DNA of 64,000 nucleotides from assembly GCA_964016885.1 (NCBI GenBank), contig OZ024740.1, forward strand, positions 135,780,001-135,844,000, read 5' to 3'. Source of the stretch: Eledone cirrhosa. Taxonomy: Eukaryota. Positions 26,146 to 37,498 of this stretch are shown in pieces. Every line of letters begins with the position of its first letter. The first letter of the stretch is position 1. Both the position numbers and the translations under genes were made by a program. The notes beneath the pieces were generated by a model. The model was not told the origin of the DNA. It searched no databases and saw nothing but the letters and a program-made list of their open reading frames with translations.

Positions 26146-29100
26146 ATGGCTAGTTTACGAGTTGGAAGCGTGAATGTGCGTGGCCTAGGGATGCCCTGGA
26201 AACAGGGCCAACTTTTAAACGACCTTCGGTCATACGGTATGGATGTGATAACCATCACCAAGTCCAGGATCAACAACAGGCAGAAACTAACCCCCATCTT
26301 CGATGACTTTGAGATCTATGCATCTCTCTGTCAGCCAGGTGGGGGTGGAGTGGTTGTCATGTTTCGGAAGAACCTGGATGTCGAAGTACAGCAAGTACAC
26401 TTGGACCCGGAGGGTAGACTGGTAGTCCTAGACGTGAACAGTATTGGAGGTGGAGCCTTCAGACTGGTGGCCGTTTATGCCCCGACCGGGCAATCGCAAT
26501 CACGGCCAGACTTCTTTAAGCATCTAGAGTCCTTTCTGGGAACGTCTCGCTCCTTATTTTTAGTGGGGGACAGGAATGGTATCCTAGATGCACGATGGGA
26601 CTATGTGGGAGCAACAGCCTCAAAACTTTAATCGGCCAATTCCAACTGGCCGATAGGTATCGACTGGATTTCCCGACTGCACCACAGTGGACGTGGGAAA
26701 ACTGCAGCGGGACATGTAGATCGTATTTAGATAGGTTCTTCATTAGAGAAAAGGACAAGGAGATGTTAAGCTGTCCACGAATGCACATGGTTGCCTATTC
26801 AGATCACAAATTAGTCGTCTGCTTAGTCAACCATGATAGAACACATAAACAAGGACCCGGATACTGGAAGCTAAACGTGTCGTTGCCGGCACGTAAAGCT
26901 TACAGTGAACGGATAAGTAGGCTAGTCAAGCAAGTTAACAGGAGCCATCGTCAACAATAGATGGTGGTACTCTCTCAAGAAAGCAATTAGAATAGAATCG
27001 ATAGGGTTTAGCAGAGAGTTAGCCTTAGAGAAAAACAAACTAGAAAGAGAACTAATAACCAAGGTAGAGGAGGCACTTAGAAGTGGCAACGCGGCTAGAG
27101 TGTTAGCGTCAAGAACGGCACTGGACCAGTTCTTCGATGCGAAACACGAAGGCTGCGTGGTCAGAAGCAAAACACGTGCTCTAGGAAATGAAGGAGCGAA
27201 AGCTGTCAGCTGGGTCCAAGTGGCGGAAGCAAAAAGTGGCAACAAGTCCACGATTCGGTCATTGAAAGATCAAAACAGACGCGTGCTACTTGACCCCAAG
27301 CAAATGTGCGCGGCCTTTCAGCAGCACTTTGCGCGACTGTTTGAGCAGAACCACGGTGAGCCGAATGGGGCAATGGACTTTAGTTCATACCTCGACGGCC
27401 TGCGGGTCTCTCGAACAAGGACGCCGAGTTCTGCGATAGACCAATCATGGACACTGAGATACGGGACGGTCTGGGTCGCTGTGGGAAACGCAAGTCACCC
27501 AGTCTAGATGTTCTACCCTATGAATTTTACATAGGCATGCCGGACTTGTTCCCTGGCGTCCTCGAAGCTGTCTACTGCAATTGGCAGCAAAATGGGAGAA
27601 TTCCCAGTTCTGCAGGCAAGGGCGTAGTAACGCTGATCAGGATAGACGAGAACAAGGGGGACAAAATTAACAACTTCAGGCCCATAACTCTGCTCAACAC
27701 AGAGTTAAAGATTTTGGCCAAGGTGCTAGCGACGAGGTTGGCGCTTGTCGTCGAGAACCTGATAGGGAAAGCACAAACGTGTGGAATCCATACACGACAA
27801 CCTCCACCTCATGCGATACATCATAGAGAGGGTGGGTAGTAAACCCGGCTTCGGTGGGGCTCTGATCAATTTGGATCAGTCTAAGGCATTCGATAGGGTT
27901 GACCATCGATACTTGGAAGCGGTTCTCAAGGTGGCTGGTTTCGGTCCCGTGTTCAGAGGATGGATCGAGGCAATGCACACCAGCATCTGCTCGAGGGTCA
28001 AGGTGAACGGCTACCTGTCGGAGCCGTTCGCAATCACGTGTTCCATTCGACAGGGGGACCCTCTCTCCTCCATTCTGTATGTATTGACTCTAGAGCCACT
28101 ACTGCAGAAATTGGAGCTGTTGCAGGGCATCCCTCTAGAACTGGGACTGCGCAAAGCGGCGTTGGCTTATGCCGACGATGTGACGGTAATGGTGTCAAGC
28201 ACCTCGGAAATCGGGGTGATCGGCAACTTACTGAAAGAATACTAAACGCTGACGTGAGCAAAACTAAACCTGTACAAGTCTGTTGGTTTGCCTCTCCACT
28301 TACCGACAGGGACGTTGGACAGATGGACCGGTGAAATTGCTTGGGGTCTGGTTCGGTCCAGACCTCCAGGTGGAGAAAAACTGGAACGAGGTCACGCCCA
28401 AGGTGTTTGCGCTCACCCAGAGTGCAAACTGCCCTTGAAAGGTCGAGCGGAGGTGGTGAACACTTTCATAGCGTCCATCATCTATTACCGCTTGACTGTC
28501 CTGCCTTGTCCCTGTGAACACCTCACCAAGATGGAACGCATGCTCTTCCAGTTTCTGTGGAAGAAGCAGGTTCCGCTGGTGAAGAGATCCGTCTGCTGTC
28601 AGCACCCTTCTAACGGAGGGTTGGGCATGCCGTGGCTGATGATGCGCAAACATGCGCTGAGGCTGCGGCATCTCCAGGTATTCCTCACCGACCCCCAACC
28701 GGTGTGGGCACCGTTTGTGAGACAGGCTTTCCAACAGCTCGTCTCCCTGACGGAGCTGCAGTCCTGGGTCAAGTAAAGACCGAAAATGATGGGTGCCTGG
28801 CACATTGAATGCGCTCAGGTGCTCACAGTCCTCTGGCAAGCGGGCACAGCAATCAGTGGAGACTCCACTTCGACATTCTATAGAAGGATTGTACGTTACA
28901 AGGGCAACGAAGACGATGAGCTCACCAGTCTGTTTGGTAGGACTTTCCGCCCGGGACCTATGGACAACTTCTAGAGGTCCCTGTCCTGGCTGTGCTAACG
29001 AGGAGCTCTACCGATTTGTGACAAGATCTACAGGCACGGACGCCACGGCAGGGATCCTTCCAAGAGGACGTGTCCAAGATGCGCGTAGGACATTGAAACA

Positions 29101-29485
29101 GTCCTGCATGCAATTGTACACTGCCCGGGCGTAACCGACCTGTGGAACTATGCAGAACAACTGCTGTCGCATATGGGATAAATCAACTTGACTGCCGAGT
29201 CCATAGTAAGGATCAAACTGCCAGCCTCTTTCAAAAACGAAAGAGGCGGTTTTCCTCTGTACAGTGGCTATGGTGAAAGAGGTTATATGGTGGACAAGAT
29301 TGAGAGGACTGAGGACAGATGTCTTTCTCTCTGGACAACAATTGATTCTCTTCTTTAAGTATCACTTTAGAAGGAGAATCAGAGTGGAGAGAGAGGCACT
29401 GCACCCCAGTAAGTTTACTGAAAGGTGGGTGAATGAAGCGAAAATGGCCCGAGTGATTGGGCCTTCTCTGTTTATAAGCCTGTAG
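26146..29485 (+). pseudogene. Tx1-like ORF2 (APE endonuclease, reverse transcriptase, zinc finger), frameshifted
   Basis: SVNVRGL, VYAP, LVGD, YSDH, GYWKLN, NFRPITLLN, LDQSKAFDRVDH, RQGDPLS, AYADD, GGLG and CPRC..ETVLHAIVHC, spread over several frames with stops. Confidence 0.93.
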
Positions 29486-29724
29486 GTTACAGAAGAGAGC
29501 AAAAGGAAGAAAGGAGCACTTGCACAACACGCTCCTGGAGTTGAGGGTTGTTCTATCGATGGGGTATTAAACAACCCATTTGTGGCGCTTCCCCCTATTG
29601 GGGATTTCGATTGTTATAATTGTTTGTTCATATTTTTTACACAACTGTATGTAAAATCCCCGGCATGTATTTGTATTGTCCCCTTTTCTTGTGCGCCCTT
29701 ATAGCAAATAAAGAAATCTATCTA

Positions 29725-29755
<31 letters not shown>

Positions 29756-29767
29756 TATATGTACAGT

Positions 29768-29968
29768 TCCACACTGTAAACGTGGTTGGTGTTAGGAAGG
29801 GCATCCAGCCATAAAATACCCAGCCAAATTTACAGTGCTCGCTGGCGCAAGGTGTGACACATGGCCAACCCTGGCCAGACTTGCCTCCTGGTGTTGACAA
29901 CCCATCTAACCCATGCAAGCGTGGAAAAATTGACGTTAAACAGAAATGATGATGATGATGATGATGAT
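29768..29968 (+). mobile_element. Short RTE-mobilised element (GGAAGGGCATCC module + 3' stem + (GAT)n tail)
   Basis: ccacactgtaaacgtggttggtgttaggaagggcatccagcc ... aacccatgcaagcgtggaaaaattgacgttaaa(GAT)n; similar remnants at 697-749, 6320-6560(-), 14533-14592, 47160-47235, 47416-47458, 50690-50877 and 58870-59360. Confidence 0.8.
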
Positions 29969-31376
29969 ATACACACGCACACCGGCTAACTAAATTGTAA
30001 TGAACTAATGTTCTAATCAGAAGATCTCTCACTGGCTTAATACTATGGAAATTTGAAAAGGCTTAGCTTTAAGAGCTAACCTGCTGGAGGAAAGAAAATG
30101 TATACAAGAGGCCAACAGGTTATCAGTTAAAACCTGACCTGTCATACCTTACTTTTAAGTACATGTCACAACATCTATGACATGTATAAAACAAATTACC
30201 AAAGACACCTCCTGCTGAAAATGGGCAACAAATTTTCTTTACTTATGCAACTAGGATTAAGCAGGTTTTCAAAGATATCTTTCTCATCTGTATTTCAAAT
30301 TGATTCTCTAAATAAATCAATAACATTCTGTGTTTCTTCATTCTTATCTTTAAACAAGTATCTCTATCCATTGAATTTATCTTCATGTTCAATAACAAGC
30401 ATGGCAGAAAGGTTAAGATGTTGGCTTAGTAAGACCAAACCTGGCACCTTATGGTTTCTAAGACATCTTGTGAACTAAAATTGGGTGGACAGAAACTGTC
30501 TGAAAACCCGTCATATGGACTATACCTGTAATTCAAAGTGCCAACTTTGTTACACAGTGTCATGTTGATTCTTTGTGCAAATTCTGTTAGGTATACACAG
30601 GTCTGTAGAATGCTCAAGCACTTGCATGTTAATTTCACAAGCAAGCTGTACAGTTAAAACAGAGTTCAAACCATCTATTATGACCAATATTAATCATAGG
30701 ACATCAAAAGAAACAATCCCTCCTCCGTTCCCTCATAAACACACTTAGGGCCCATACGACCTAATGGAATCATAGAGAGATTTTCTAAAAAGCTGGTAGA
30801 ACCCATCTCTCCAGATCTGAACATAGCCAATCTCCAAGAGAGAGAGAGAAAGAAGGGAAGTAAGAAATATAAAGGGAGAGTCAACTCCAAGAATCAACTT
30901 GTAAAAGGATGAAAGGCGAAGATGACCTCAGCAAGATTTGAACTGACAGGATACAGAGCTGGAATGAATACTGTAAACCTTTTATCCAATGTTCTTATGA
31001 TTTTACCAATTCTCCACCTACACACACACACACACACTTCAAATGTAAATCTCTGGATCTGCAAATGCAGAAGCTCAATCATTCTGCATATAAATCCACA
31101 CTATCTTAAGCACTAGGAACATATGTCCCCACTTGATCTGCCTGAAAACACAGTACAAAGGCAATATTCACAAACTGATCATGCTTTGGTAACTCAACAC
31201 CCTGTAAACATTATTATAATGTTTATAACATTTATACATTAACCATCTTCATTTAAAACACACACACACACATATATATATATAAGCATACATATATCCC
31301 TATATATATACATGTGCTAATGCCACAATAAAATGCATATAGTACACACTGTAAAGAGTAATATATACATATATAT

Positions 31377-31578
31377 AAATATGAAAAGAGTCAGGACCCA
31401 GATGGCTGAGCCCCAGCCGTTTTGACAGCTAGATCCAAACTGAGTTCGGATCTAGCTGTCGAAACGTCTGTAGCTCAGCCATCTGGGTCCTGACTCTTTT
31501 CATATTTCCCACTCTACAACTCTAAGTATTGAGTACTCTGGTGCATTATGGTCCACCTAGTATCTTACCACATCCTCT
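31377..31578 (+). mobile_element. Palindrome-plus-tail insertion (5'-truncated, inverted Penelope-like terminus)
   Basis: 131-bp near-perfect palindrome at 31377-31507 containing GAAAC-GTCT-GTA (3' half of a hammerhead core), then a ~70-bp unique tail; lies between (TA)n and (TC)/(TG)n repeats. Confidence 0.65.
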
Positions 31579-31616
<38 letters not shown>

Positions 31617-31843
31617 CAGCATCGTTTAACGTCTATCTTCCACGCTAGCATGAGTTAGGCGAGTTTGTCCCATTTAGAGGCAAGTTGGGTCGGGTGATCG
31701 TGCCTCACTCATATAGGTGTGTGCGTGTGCGTGTGCGTGTGCGTGTGCGTGTGCGTGTGCGTGTGCGTGTGTGTGTGTATGTATGTATGTATGTATATAT
31801 ATATATATATATATATACATACACATACAACCAAACATCACTT

Positions 31844-31949
31844 TTCTCTGAAGAGCTGTAATACACCTTCGAGCACAATAAACAATTTTTATAATACCCA
31901 GTTTAGACAGTAGCAAACAATTATCGCGAAACACAAACACATGTCAGAA
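31844..31949 (+). ncRNA. Type I hammerhead ribozyme motif with large stem-II insertion
   Basis: Stem I TTCT/AGAA; CTGAAGA at 31848-31854; stem II GC-T-GTAAT/ATTAT-C-GC; GAAA at 31928-31931; stem III ACA/TGT; GTC triplet at 31943-31945; AATAAA at 31955; lies in a ~195-bp unit between (TA)n tracts. Confidence 0.7.
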
Positions 31950-32014
31950 TTATTAATAAACGAGATATTGAATATCAACCTCTCAGCCTCTGTTATTATT
32001 CCACAACCTCAGAT

Positions 32015-32048
<34 letters not shown>

Positions 32049-32050
<2 letters not shown>

Positions 32051-33688
32051 TCATCATTTCATTTTACGTCTGCTTTTCCCTGCTTGCAAGGGTGGGACGG
32101 GAACTGATTCTGGCTTGATTTCTACAGCTGGATGCCCTTCCTAACACCAACCTCATTTACAGTGAGTGCTGGGTGCTTTTTTTTCCGTGGCGCCTACACG
32201 TCCACTTTACAGTGTGGGCTGGGTGCTTTTTTTGCCGTGGCACCTCCACTACCACTTTGCAGTGGGAGGGTGTGGGGGCATATTGTCTATATGCTTCAGC
32301 TTGTACCCATGGGAGGTCGTGTACTCTGTATTACTGCGTGACGCCAGAGGTCACGGTCATGTGTCATCGCCTTTGAGAGGTGTAATTGGGTAAGGTCGGC
32401 TTTTATCACCTCATCCCAGGTGTCTTGGGTCTCACCACTCCGCGGTTTCCATTGACTTCTAGTGCTCTGCACCTTTTTATGCAGCTGTCATCCTTCATAC
32501 GCATCACATGTCCATACCAACACAACCGCCTCTCCTGCACACAGCATTTGATTCCTCTTATGCTCAGTCTCTCTCTCAATTCATTTATGCTTTGCCATTC
32601 GCGTATATTACTATTACACATCCATCGGAGCATGCAGGCTTCGTTTCTTTCTAATCTACGTAAGTCTTCCACCTTCAGCGCCCAGGTCTCACTACCATGT
32701 AACATTGCTGTTCGGATACACGCATCATACAGTCTGCCTTTCATTTTGAGGGAGAAGCCTTTTGCATCTAGCAGTGCCAGTAGTTCCCTGAACCTCTTCC
32801 ATCCCGTTCTTACCCTAGTTATTGTACTTTCTGAACACCCACCTCCGCTGCTAATTCGGTCACCTAGGTAGCAGAAGCTGTCTACTGTTTCTACAGAGCC
32901 CTCCCAGAGATTGGTGGTACTTGTTTCCAGTGGCTGCTTGCTGTCCCAGCACAGCTGCTACATGTGAAGCCTACATTCTTAATTAAGCTTCCTGAGATCC
33001 CGCTACATCTCTTGTGTACCCATTGTTTGCATTTGGGGCAGAGAATGGAGTTCCTACCTACACCTTTCCTACATACTGAGCAAGGCCATTTCCCTGAGGG
33101 GATCTGGGTTCTGTTTTCTCGTCTACTTACAAGGACCTTAGTCTTTGTCAGGTTGACTTTCTTGTCCTTGCTTCCAAGTTTGGAATTTCTTCTCTAGTTC
33201 TACCATAGATTCAGCTATAAGTGCGAGGTCATCTGCATACAGGAGTCCCATGGGCATCCGGTCTTAAACTCCTCCGCTATTGCCTGCAGGACTATGATGA
33301 ACAGGAGAGGGCTAAGAACAGAGCCCTGGTGGACACCAACCTGTACGCTAAATTCCTCGCTATACTCATTGCTAATCCTAACTTTGCTGACTGCTCCCCT
33401 ATACATGGCTTGTACAGCTTTCACAAGCCATTCATCTACTCCTAGTTTTCTAAGAGCCCACCAGATTATAGCACGTGGAACTCTGTCAAAGGCTTTCTCG
33501 AGATCGACGAATGCCAGGTAGACTGGCTTACTTTTAGCTAGGTACTTTTCCTGTAACTGCCTCACAAGGAAGAGGGCATCAATGGTGCCTCTTCCTGGTA
33601 CAAACCCAAATTGCATCTCATCTAGTTTCACCCGGTCCCTAATCAACTGTGCTATAACTCTTTCTGTTACTTTCATGACCTGGTCCAT
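32049..33688 (-). mobile_element. RTE-clade LINE family 2, 5'-truncated and frameshifted, with full 3' UTR and (GAT)n tail
   Basis: ORFs 33215-33688 (MQFGF, AFVDLEKAFDRVP, GVHQGSVLSP) and 32406-32744 (LHGSETW, WYGHVMR); PHD remnant near 32950-33090. Confidence 0.93.
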
Positions 33689-33700
33689 CCGCTTTATATA

Positions 33701-34395
33701 TCATCATCATCGTTTAACGTCCATATTCCATGCTTGCATAGGTTTGGATGGGGGTTTTCCCACTTGAGGCAAGAGTGGTTGTCTTGCACGCATAGGACTG
33801 TCTGGCGGGTTTTCTACGGCTGGATGCCCTTCCTAACACCAACCACATTTACAGTGTGGAACCGGGAGGTTTTTACCGTGTTGCCTACACGGCCACATTA
33901 CAGCGTGGACTGTGTGTTTTTTTTGTCGTGACACCTACACGACCTCATTTGTTTCGGGCTGGATGTTGTGACACCAATATAATTTTACATTGAAGGGGTG
34001 GTGTGGATGGGGTGGGGGTAGTGGGACGGGGTGTATTTTGTTAGAGGTGCCTACTGACTGTAGTAGGTTTCACTTTGTACTTAGGTAAGGTGGGTCTTCT
34101 CTATTACTGTGTAACGCCAAAGATCTCGGTCCAGTGACATTGCCTTGGAGCAAGTGTGTGAGGTCGGAATTTATCAAGTCGTCCCAGGTTTTTCTGGGTC
34201 TGCCTACTCTGTGGCTACCGTCTATTTTTATTGCCCTGCACTTTTTTATACAGCTGCTGTCTTTCATGCGCATCACGTGACCATACCAACGTAGCCTTCT
34301 CTCGAGTAAACAACATCTGATCCCTCTTATTTCTAATTTCTCCCTTAGTACGTTTATGCTTTGCCGTTCATGTATGTTACTATTACACATCCAGC

Positions 34396-34397
<2 letters not shown>
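33701..34397 (-). mobile_element. RTE family 1, 3' fragment
   Basis: Highly similar reverse copy of ~39078-39768; both ends abut TA repeats. Confidence 0.93.
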
Positions 34398-34432
<35 letters not shown>

Positions 34433-35759
34433 GCATACATATACAGAGACACACATTAACTGTGTAAGCATGAACCCAAACATGTACTATTTCTTCTCTT
34501 GATGATGATGATGGCAGTGATGATGATGATATTGATGATGATGATGGCAATAATGATTAATATTAAAAATGAAAGCTTTCTATAGTTTTGATGAACTTCA
34601 AACTTTATAGAAGACTCAAATCTAACTATGAAATGTTCACTTGGTCACTTAGGTTAATAACCATAACATAAAACTAAAGTCAAACTTCAGGGTTAAAAGC
34701 TAGAAACACTTTACTTGTGTTCAGTCAAAACATTCTTGTTCTAGCTTAAACTGTTTCAATTTTATTGGTTTCAAAGTAAACCCACATCATCTTTATTAAA
34801 ATGTTTTCTGTTACACTCTACACTAAACTTTAGATCAAAAATATAAAGGTACAGCCCCCAGAAGTACATTAACCATAAGAATTGAAATTTTCAACTAAAT
34901 AATAAGATGTGCTCGATAAACAAGCTACTCTAAGTCAATGTGACAGATGTTATTTAGATATCTTATATAATTTCTTTCAGATAATCTATCAAATACTTTC
35001 TCAATATCATTAAAACTAATGTACAAGCTCTTACATATGTGAAGTATTTATTCTTTAGATATTTCTTTCTATACCACTCAGAATTTGTGTGGGGTGGGGT
35101 GGGGGGTGGTGTTATATTCCTGTTGTTTACCTGATATTTCCCTCACAACACATGGAGTCTTGGTTTTAGAATATTTATCACAAAGTTACTTTGTTCTGTA
35201 TGATTAGTGCAATGGTTAGATACATTAGTTCAAGAGTAAACTTACTTCTTTTGCTAGCACTTCCAAACAGTATTCTACCACTGAAGTATACCTTGGAACA
35301 TTTAATGTTTTCTATTTGTTGGAGAAAACATAAAAATTAGGTCCTTTTTCTTTTTTCTATAATTGTAACTGGTCGATAGTGATTTCTTTCATTGATACAA
35401 GGCCACACTTGTAATAGGGAATGGACATAGTCAACAGAATTACATGCCATATATTACTGATCACTATCAGGTTCTCATAAATAGTGCAGCTAATTGTTGG
35501 GGTGCCACTCTAGATGTTTGGCAGTGTGTCCATCATAGCATCTCAGTGGACCATAGAAATGCTTGGTAGTGGCCATTTCCTCTCCAAATATATTATGAGT
35601 ACTCATTTGTTTATTGAGATCTCAACATCACAGAAAGTAAAGTCTTCACAGGCAGGATTTGAACTCAAAATATAAGAAAAATATATTTTTATAAATGCAA
35701 GGCATTTTGGTTGGCACTCTAACAATTCTGCTATCCAATACCCTGGTCAAATATTGGAA

Positions 35760-36000
35760 CCTCTTCATTACCATATTTCCAATGAAAGACACTGCATATG
35801 ATTTTCAAATAACTTCGGAAATAATAAAGAATTCCAAAGGATTTAGTAATGTAACTAAAGTTATGGAACATAACTTAAAGTTTCTTAAATAAAGTTAAGA
35901 TGGAAGGTTATTAGATAACTATAAAAAAAACTTTGAAACAAACAGTTTTGTATCATAGAACCAGGGATGATTTCAGGTGGTTTGATATCAAAAGGGTTAA
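35760..36000 (-). mobile_element. piggyBac-like MITE P1
   Basis: Ends AAAAGGG-TTAA; reverse similarity to 1517-1743 and 2028-2491. Confidence 0.65.
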
Positions 36001-36634
36001 ATAAAATTTAAGTATATATATATAAACTTGCACTATAAAATGAAAGTAGTGAAATGTGTGACCTAGTTTTAACACGAGGCTGGAGCCATTTTATTTTTCT
36101 TGTTTTACTAATGACTTTGGGGAAAATATCAAGAATATCAATTTCTCATGTCACCTTGCCTAAAGTTGTAGGCTTCATGCCAACACTTACAGTTTTGTAT
36201 AGGAGCTTGAAGAATAATGGTTTCTACTTGGGTTGGCCTGCTATTGTCTTATTATATAAAGAAGATATTCAAATGCTTGAGTATTTGTAATTAGTAATGT
36301 TGATGAATAAATGATTAGTGCTAATATGTGCAATGACAGGTGAAATGACAATTAGAAATGCAAGTGAATGCAAATGAGATGGCTATTAATCAGAAATCAA
36401 AACCAAGCCATAAACCTGATGTGATGCGAGCTTATTTTAACACAAAGCCTATAAATAACTAGTTAGTTTCTATGTAAAACAAACAACAACTAATCCTTTA
36501 CAAAGGTGACAATCACAATGGAGTACTGTTCCCACATCTGGGAACATCTGCTTTATGCAGAGATCCAAGACTACATATGCAAATCGGACATTTGATTACT
36601 TGGCATGAAGCCACTCACAGGAACAATCCATCCT

Positions 36635-36859
36635 TTAACCTTAACATTTAAACCGGCCATATCCAGCCAGAATTCTCTCACCTCTTTCTGTTCAAACTGG
36701 CTGCTCATACTTATGTTAATGTATTGTTCTCAAAATAAATAATTGTTTCTACTTTTGGCACAAGGCCAGCAATTATCTCAGTACATAACTGGTACTTTAT
36801 TTTATCGACCCCGTGAATATAATAGTATATACAGAGTAATGTAAATGCTAAAGAGTTAA
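36635..36859 (+). mobile_element. MITE P2 containing a SINE A 3' fragment (36740-36814), nested in a CR1-like remnant
   Basis: TTAACCTTAACATT...AATGCTAAAGAG-TTAA; flanking MEYCSHIW (36518) and LQQFKQNI CR1-like remnants. Confidence 0.75.
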
Positions 36860-37498
36860 AATGGCATCTCCTCATCAGAGCTAGCTCATCTCATGCCAGC
36901 TCCCCACAGGTACTTTCATTACATATATTGTGCCCAAGCCTCATACTAACCAACATGGCTAATCTTTCCTCCTCATAATATCATCCCTCTAAAATTTCTT
37001 CCTTGCAACAGTTTAAGCAGAACATTAAGAGCATCAGTCTCATCAGTCTCAGAGGGCCTTCAAAGGTTAGAGGCACAGTCTCTTTCTCCAAACCAAACTA
37101 ATAAAAAAAAAATCCTTGGAATGCATACTAAATTTGAGATGTGAAATTAATTTTGTGGAATAGTGATACTAAGAACTTGACTAAGAAACCATGAAGCCGG
37201 AAATATATTACTGAGGATAAATCTTTATAAAAATGGGTTGATCAAGATTATATACTTACTTCAAAAAGTGTATTTTTGAGAAAACATTTTGAAGGAAAAG
37301 AGGAAAAAAAACAACTCGCCTTCAATTTTCAGAACAAATTCATAGCTAGCCACATTCAACTGTAAATAAAGAAAAGATTATTTTAGAAATTATGTTTATC
37401 TATTTAGTAAATCAATTTAGTTTTATATGCAATGTAATTTCTAACTATTTTGGAATATGACACAAATAAATTTGGTTTACAATATATATATATATATA

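Larger units (their letters stand above)
24057..29715 (+). mobile_element. Full-length, mutated L1/Tx1-clade non-LTR retrotransposon
   Basis: ORF1 with zinc knuckle; ORF2 with APE + RT + C-terminal zinc finger; AATAAA at 29707; 16-bp TSD ATCTATCTATCTCTCT at 24041-24056 and 29716-29731. Confidence 0.93.

Noticed and set aside
31674-31940. HA/CV/YI-repeat ORFs
   Set aside because: Products of (GCGTGT)n, (GTAT)n and (TA)n microsatellites.
32130-32290. CRISPR-like repeat-spacer appearance of the tandem module
   Set aside because: Eukaryotic context, only 2-3 degenerate tandem units, no unique spacers and no cas genes.
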